Virus record (IMG/VR): IMGVR_UViG_3300045988_177530
Location: 1-42,792 of that record
Origin: a virus
Strand: one strand, 5' to 3'
DNA: 42,792 bases
A program made the position numbers and the translations under genes. A model generated the notes under the pieces. That model did no database searches. It had not been told where the DNA came from and saw only the letters and a program-made list of their open reading frames with translations. Shown one piece after another: positions 40,223 to 42,792 of the stretch. Position 1 is the first letter of the stretch. Each line of letters opens with the position of its first letter.

Positions 40223-42792
40223 ATGGCCGGATATGATCTCGGGACCGCATGGATTCAGATCAGCCCGTCCGTGCGAGGCCTCGCCCGAAGTATCAATAGC
40301 GAAATCGGTAACGTTGACACCGGGCCGGCCGAGAGAAAGATCACGTCCGGACTTGGTGGCGCATTCAAATCGGTAGCGAAAGTCGCCGGCGCTGCGCTCG
40401 GAGGACTCGCAATCGGCGGCATCGCAGTCGCGTTCGGCGGTGTCGCAAAAGAAGCATTCAACGCCGCCGACGCCACAATCAAATTCAAGCAGACGCTCGC
40501 ATTCGCCGGTAAAAGTGCGGACGAAATCAACGCGCTCACAAAGAGCACACGCTCCTACGCGGACCGCACGATTTATGAGCTTGACGATATTCAGTCAATC
40601 ACCGCGCAGCTCGCATCCAACGGCGTAAAAGGCTACGATAAGCTCGCCGAGGCGGCCGGTAACCTGAACGCCGTTGCAGGCGGAAACGCGCAGACGTTCA
40701 AAACGGTCGGCCTCGTCATGACACAGACCGCGGGCGCCGGAAAACTCACCACTGAGAACTGGAACCAGCTTTCTGACGCGATTCCTGGCGCGTCCGGTAA
40801 ATTGCAGGAAGCCATGAAAAAGAATGGCGCCTACACTGGCAATTTCCGGGAAGCCATGGAGAAAGGCGAGATCACCGCCGAGGAATTCAACCAAGCAATT
40901 CTAGACCTCGGTATGGAGGATGTGGCTATTGAGGCCGCTACATCCACCAAAACTCTGGAAGGTGCTTGGGGGAACTTCAAAGCGACCCTTGTGACTGGGG
41001 CACAGGAAATCGCTGAAAAAGCACTCCCGTGGATCACTGCATCCCTTGACGCCATGAGCAAAGGATTCGAAAAAGTATTCAACTGGGTAAGTAATTCGTT
41101 CATTCCTAGTATTACGAATGCTTTCAACGTTATCCGCAAGGGTGACTTCACTGGTCCGATCTTCTCGTTCGAGGAAGACTCGAGTTTCGTTGATTTCCTT
41201 TTCCGCATGCGTGATGCTGCTGCTGCCGCGGGGGAATGGATCAACAAGACGCTTGTCCCGTCGTTGAAGAATCTTAAAGATTTGCTTCTGTCCGGTGATT
41301 TCACGGGGACGATTTTCGGATTCGACAAAGACTCCGGAATCATCTCATACATCACCAATGTTCGTAACAGTTTCGTCGAGCTCGGCAAATTCATTGTCGG
41401 GACACTCGTCCCTGGCATCGCTACCGCTCTCAGCACCATCGCGAACAGCAGCCTCGTCCAATTCATGGAGAATCTCACCGTCGCTATTCTCAACAGCAAA
41501 GTGGCGGTTTACAGTATTGCGGCCGCGTTTACGGCATGGAAAGCCGTCATGGTCATGTCCTCAATGCAGCAATGGCTGAACGACATGGAAGGCGTAGCCG
41601 GTGTCGCCGGGCGCGTCACCACGGCCATTAACGCAATGACCGTGGCGAAGATCAAAGACATGGTTGAGACTGCGCAGCTCAACCTCATGTACGCCGGAGA
41701 ATTCCTGTCAAATATTGCACGTGCGACGACGCAAATTACGATGCAGGCGGTTGCTTGGGGTAGGGCCACAGCAATGATGGTCCTCCACAAGACGGCAACA
41801 ATCGCCTCGACCGCGGCACAGTGGGCATTCAACGCTGCAATGGACGCTAACCCAATCGGCCTTGTTGTGATCGCTATCGCAGCACTGGTCGCAGCAATCA
41901 TTGTGGCATGGCAAAACTCCGAAACATTCCGCAACGTCGTCATTTCTTGTTGGGAAGCAATCAAGACGGCCGCTGGGGCTGTGGCCGATTGGTTCGCCGC
42001 TAACGTATGGCCTCTCATGCAAGTCGCCTGGGACGGGATCGTGGCAGGCGCCCAGTGGATGTGGGGCGTCATGGTATCCGTATGGCAAGGAATGCAACCC
42101 ATTATTCAGGCGGTCATTGATTGGATCGTCGGCACAGCGTGGCCCGCACTTCAGGCGGCATGGGATGGGATCGTCGCCGGCGCCCAATGGGTATGGAACG
42201 GTATCGTCAGCGCATGGCAAGGAATACAGCCCGTCATTCAAGCTGTCGTCGATTGGATCGTGAATACTGCGTGGCCTAACCTTCAAGCCGCCTGGGACGG
42301 AATTTCCGCGGGCGCAATGATCGTCTGGAACGGCATGGTCGCAGCATGGCAGGGGATCAGCGACATAATCCGGCCCGTCGTCGATTGGATCGTCAACGTC
42401 GCCGCCCTGTATCTCACCACGGCATGGGATGCGATCAGCTGGGGTGTGAGCGCGCTCTGGTCTACGATTCAGTGGGCGTGGGACGCTATTTGGGCGGCAA
42501 TCATGCCCGTCGCCACACAAATCTACAACGATATTTGGCCCATGGTGGTAGGCGCCTTTAATGCGATTAAAGACACCGCTTCCATGATGTGGGCCGATAT
42601 TCAGATCGCATGGACCGCTATTCAATCCGCTATTCAGCCCGTCGCGGATTGGATTTACAACACAGTCTGGCCGTGGGTTGTAGGTGCGTTCAACGCTATC
42701 AAGGATACGGCCACTAACATGTGGGGCGATATTCAGGCCGCGTGGACTTCAATTCAGGCGGCTATGCAACCCGTAGTTGAATGGATCTACAA
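40223..42792 (+). CDS. Tail tape measure protein, N-terminal part; the open frame runs off the window end and continues at 1..1916
   Basis: RBS GGAGAGG. The N-terminus MAGYDLGTAWIQISPS ... TENWNQLSDAIPGASGKLQEAMKKNG ... ITAEEFNQAILDLG is typical of tape-measure N-terminal domains. There is no stop before the window end. Confidence 0.9.
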   Translation, partial: MAGYDLGTAWIQISPSVRGLARSINSEIGNVDTGPAERKITSGLGGAFKSVAKVAGAALGGLAIGGIAVAFGGVAKEAFNAADATIKFKQTLAFAGKSADEINALTKSTRSYADRTIYELDDIQSITAQLASNGVKGYDKLAEAAGNLNAVAGGNAQTFKTVGLVMTQTAGAGKLTTENWNQLSDAIPGASGKLQEAMKKNGAYTGNFREAMEKGEITAEEFNQAILDLGMEDVAIEAATSTKTLEGAWGNFKATLVTGAQEIAEKALPWITASLDAMSKGFEKVFNWVSNSFIPSITNAFNVIRKGDFTGPIFSFEEDSSFVDFLFRMRDAAAAAGEWINKTLVPSLKNLKDLLLSGDFTGTIFGFDKDSGIISYITNVRNSFVELGKFIVGTLVPGIATALSTIANSSLVQFMENLTVAILNSKVAVYSIAAAFTAWKAVMVMSSMQQWLNDMEGVAGVAGRVTTAINAMTVAKIKDMVETAQLNLMYAGEFLSNIARATTQITMQAVAWGRATAMMVLHKTATIASTAAQWAFNAAMDANPIGLVVIAIAALVAAIIVAWQNSETFRNVVISCWEAIKTAAGAVADWFAANVWPLMQVAWDGIVAGAQWMWGVMVSVWQGMQPIIQAVIDWIVGTAWPALQAAWDGIVAGAQWVWNGIVSAWQGIQPVIQAVVDWIVNTAWPNLQAAWDGISAGAMIVWNGMVAAWQGISDIIRPVVDWIVNVAALYLTTAWDAISWGVSALWSTIQWAWDAIWAAIMPVATQIYNDIWPMVVGAFNAIKDTASMMWADIQIAWTAIQSAIQPVADWIYNTVWPWVVGAFNAIKDTATNMWGDIQAAWTSIQAAMQPVVEWIY
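41940..42792 (+). repeat. 132-nt (44-aa) W-rich tandem repeats in the tape measure gene
   Basis: Anchors at 41981, 42113, 42245, 42377, 42509, 42641 and 42773, exactly 132 nt apart, continuing at 168 and 300 after the junction. Confidence 0.85.
42738..42792. repeat. Exact duplicate of 1..55 (assembly overlap)
   Basis: Identical 55-mer. Confidence 0.95.

Noticed and set aside
1-42792. Integrase, excisionase, CI/Cro-type repressor, reverse transcriptase/DGR, toxin-antitoxin pairs and known defence or anti-CRISPR families
   Set aside because: I could not recognise catalytic or signature motifs for any of these in the ORF translations. Absence by eye is weak evidence and needs HMM searches.

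Overview
The window is one complete, circularly closed tailed-phage genome. Nt 1..55 are identical to 42738..42792, so the unit length is 42,737 bp, and the tape-measure gene spans the junction. Codon usage is high-GC and Actinobacteria-like, and genes are typically preceded by a GGAAGAGAG-type Shine-Dalgarno sequence.

Gene layout:
- Plus strand, late genes: HNH endonuclease, possible small terminase, large terminase, portal, MuF-like protein, scaffold, major capsid, head-tail joining genes and major tail protein. These are followed by tail chaperones with a -1 frameshift, a 1476-codon tape measure with an NlpC/P60 domain, minor tail proteins and a possible spherulin-4-like glycosidase.
- A separate plus-strand lysis cassette lies at 12.2-15.0 kb.
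- Minus-strand block 7966..11976 holds a dCTP deaminase, a DUF3310 protein and small unknown genes.
- Minus-strand block 15079..27866 holds a RuvC-like resolvase, a DUF669 protein, a Sak4-like ATPase, a Cas4-like nuclease, an SNF2 helicase, a primase-like protein, a DUF3987-like helicase and many unknowns.
- I did not recognise an integrase, CI-like repressor, ParA/ParB, DNA polymerase, reverse transcriptase, tRNA or CRISPR array.

Most interesting, all non-coding:
1. There are three base-perfect copies of the 16-bp chromosomal parS consensus TGTTTCACGTGAAACA, at 7891, 15037 and 15062. Each is fused to a strong terminator hairpin where gene blocks converge.
2. A 2.7-kb almost gene-free region (28.5-31.25 kb) has a plus strand that is extremely A+C-rich and T/G-poor. 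It contains a GATC-repeat AT-rich patch, six helically phased A-tracts, several perfect palindromes and seven same-orientation DnaA boxes (31088..31216) just upstream of the terminase genes.

Together these look like oriC/parS-type host chromosome-maintenance sites carried by a phage with no cognate proteins of its own. This could reflect hijacking or titration of host DnaA and ParB/SMC, or an episomal phage-plasmid lifestyle. This is inference from sequence reading only. No database search or computation was run, and novelty is not verified.
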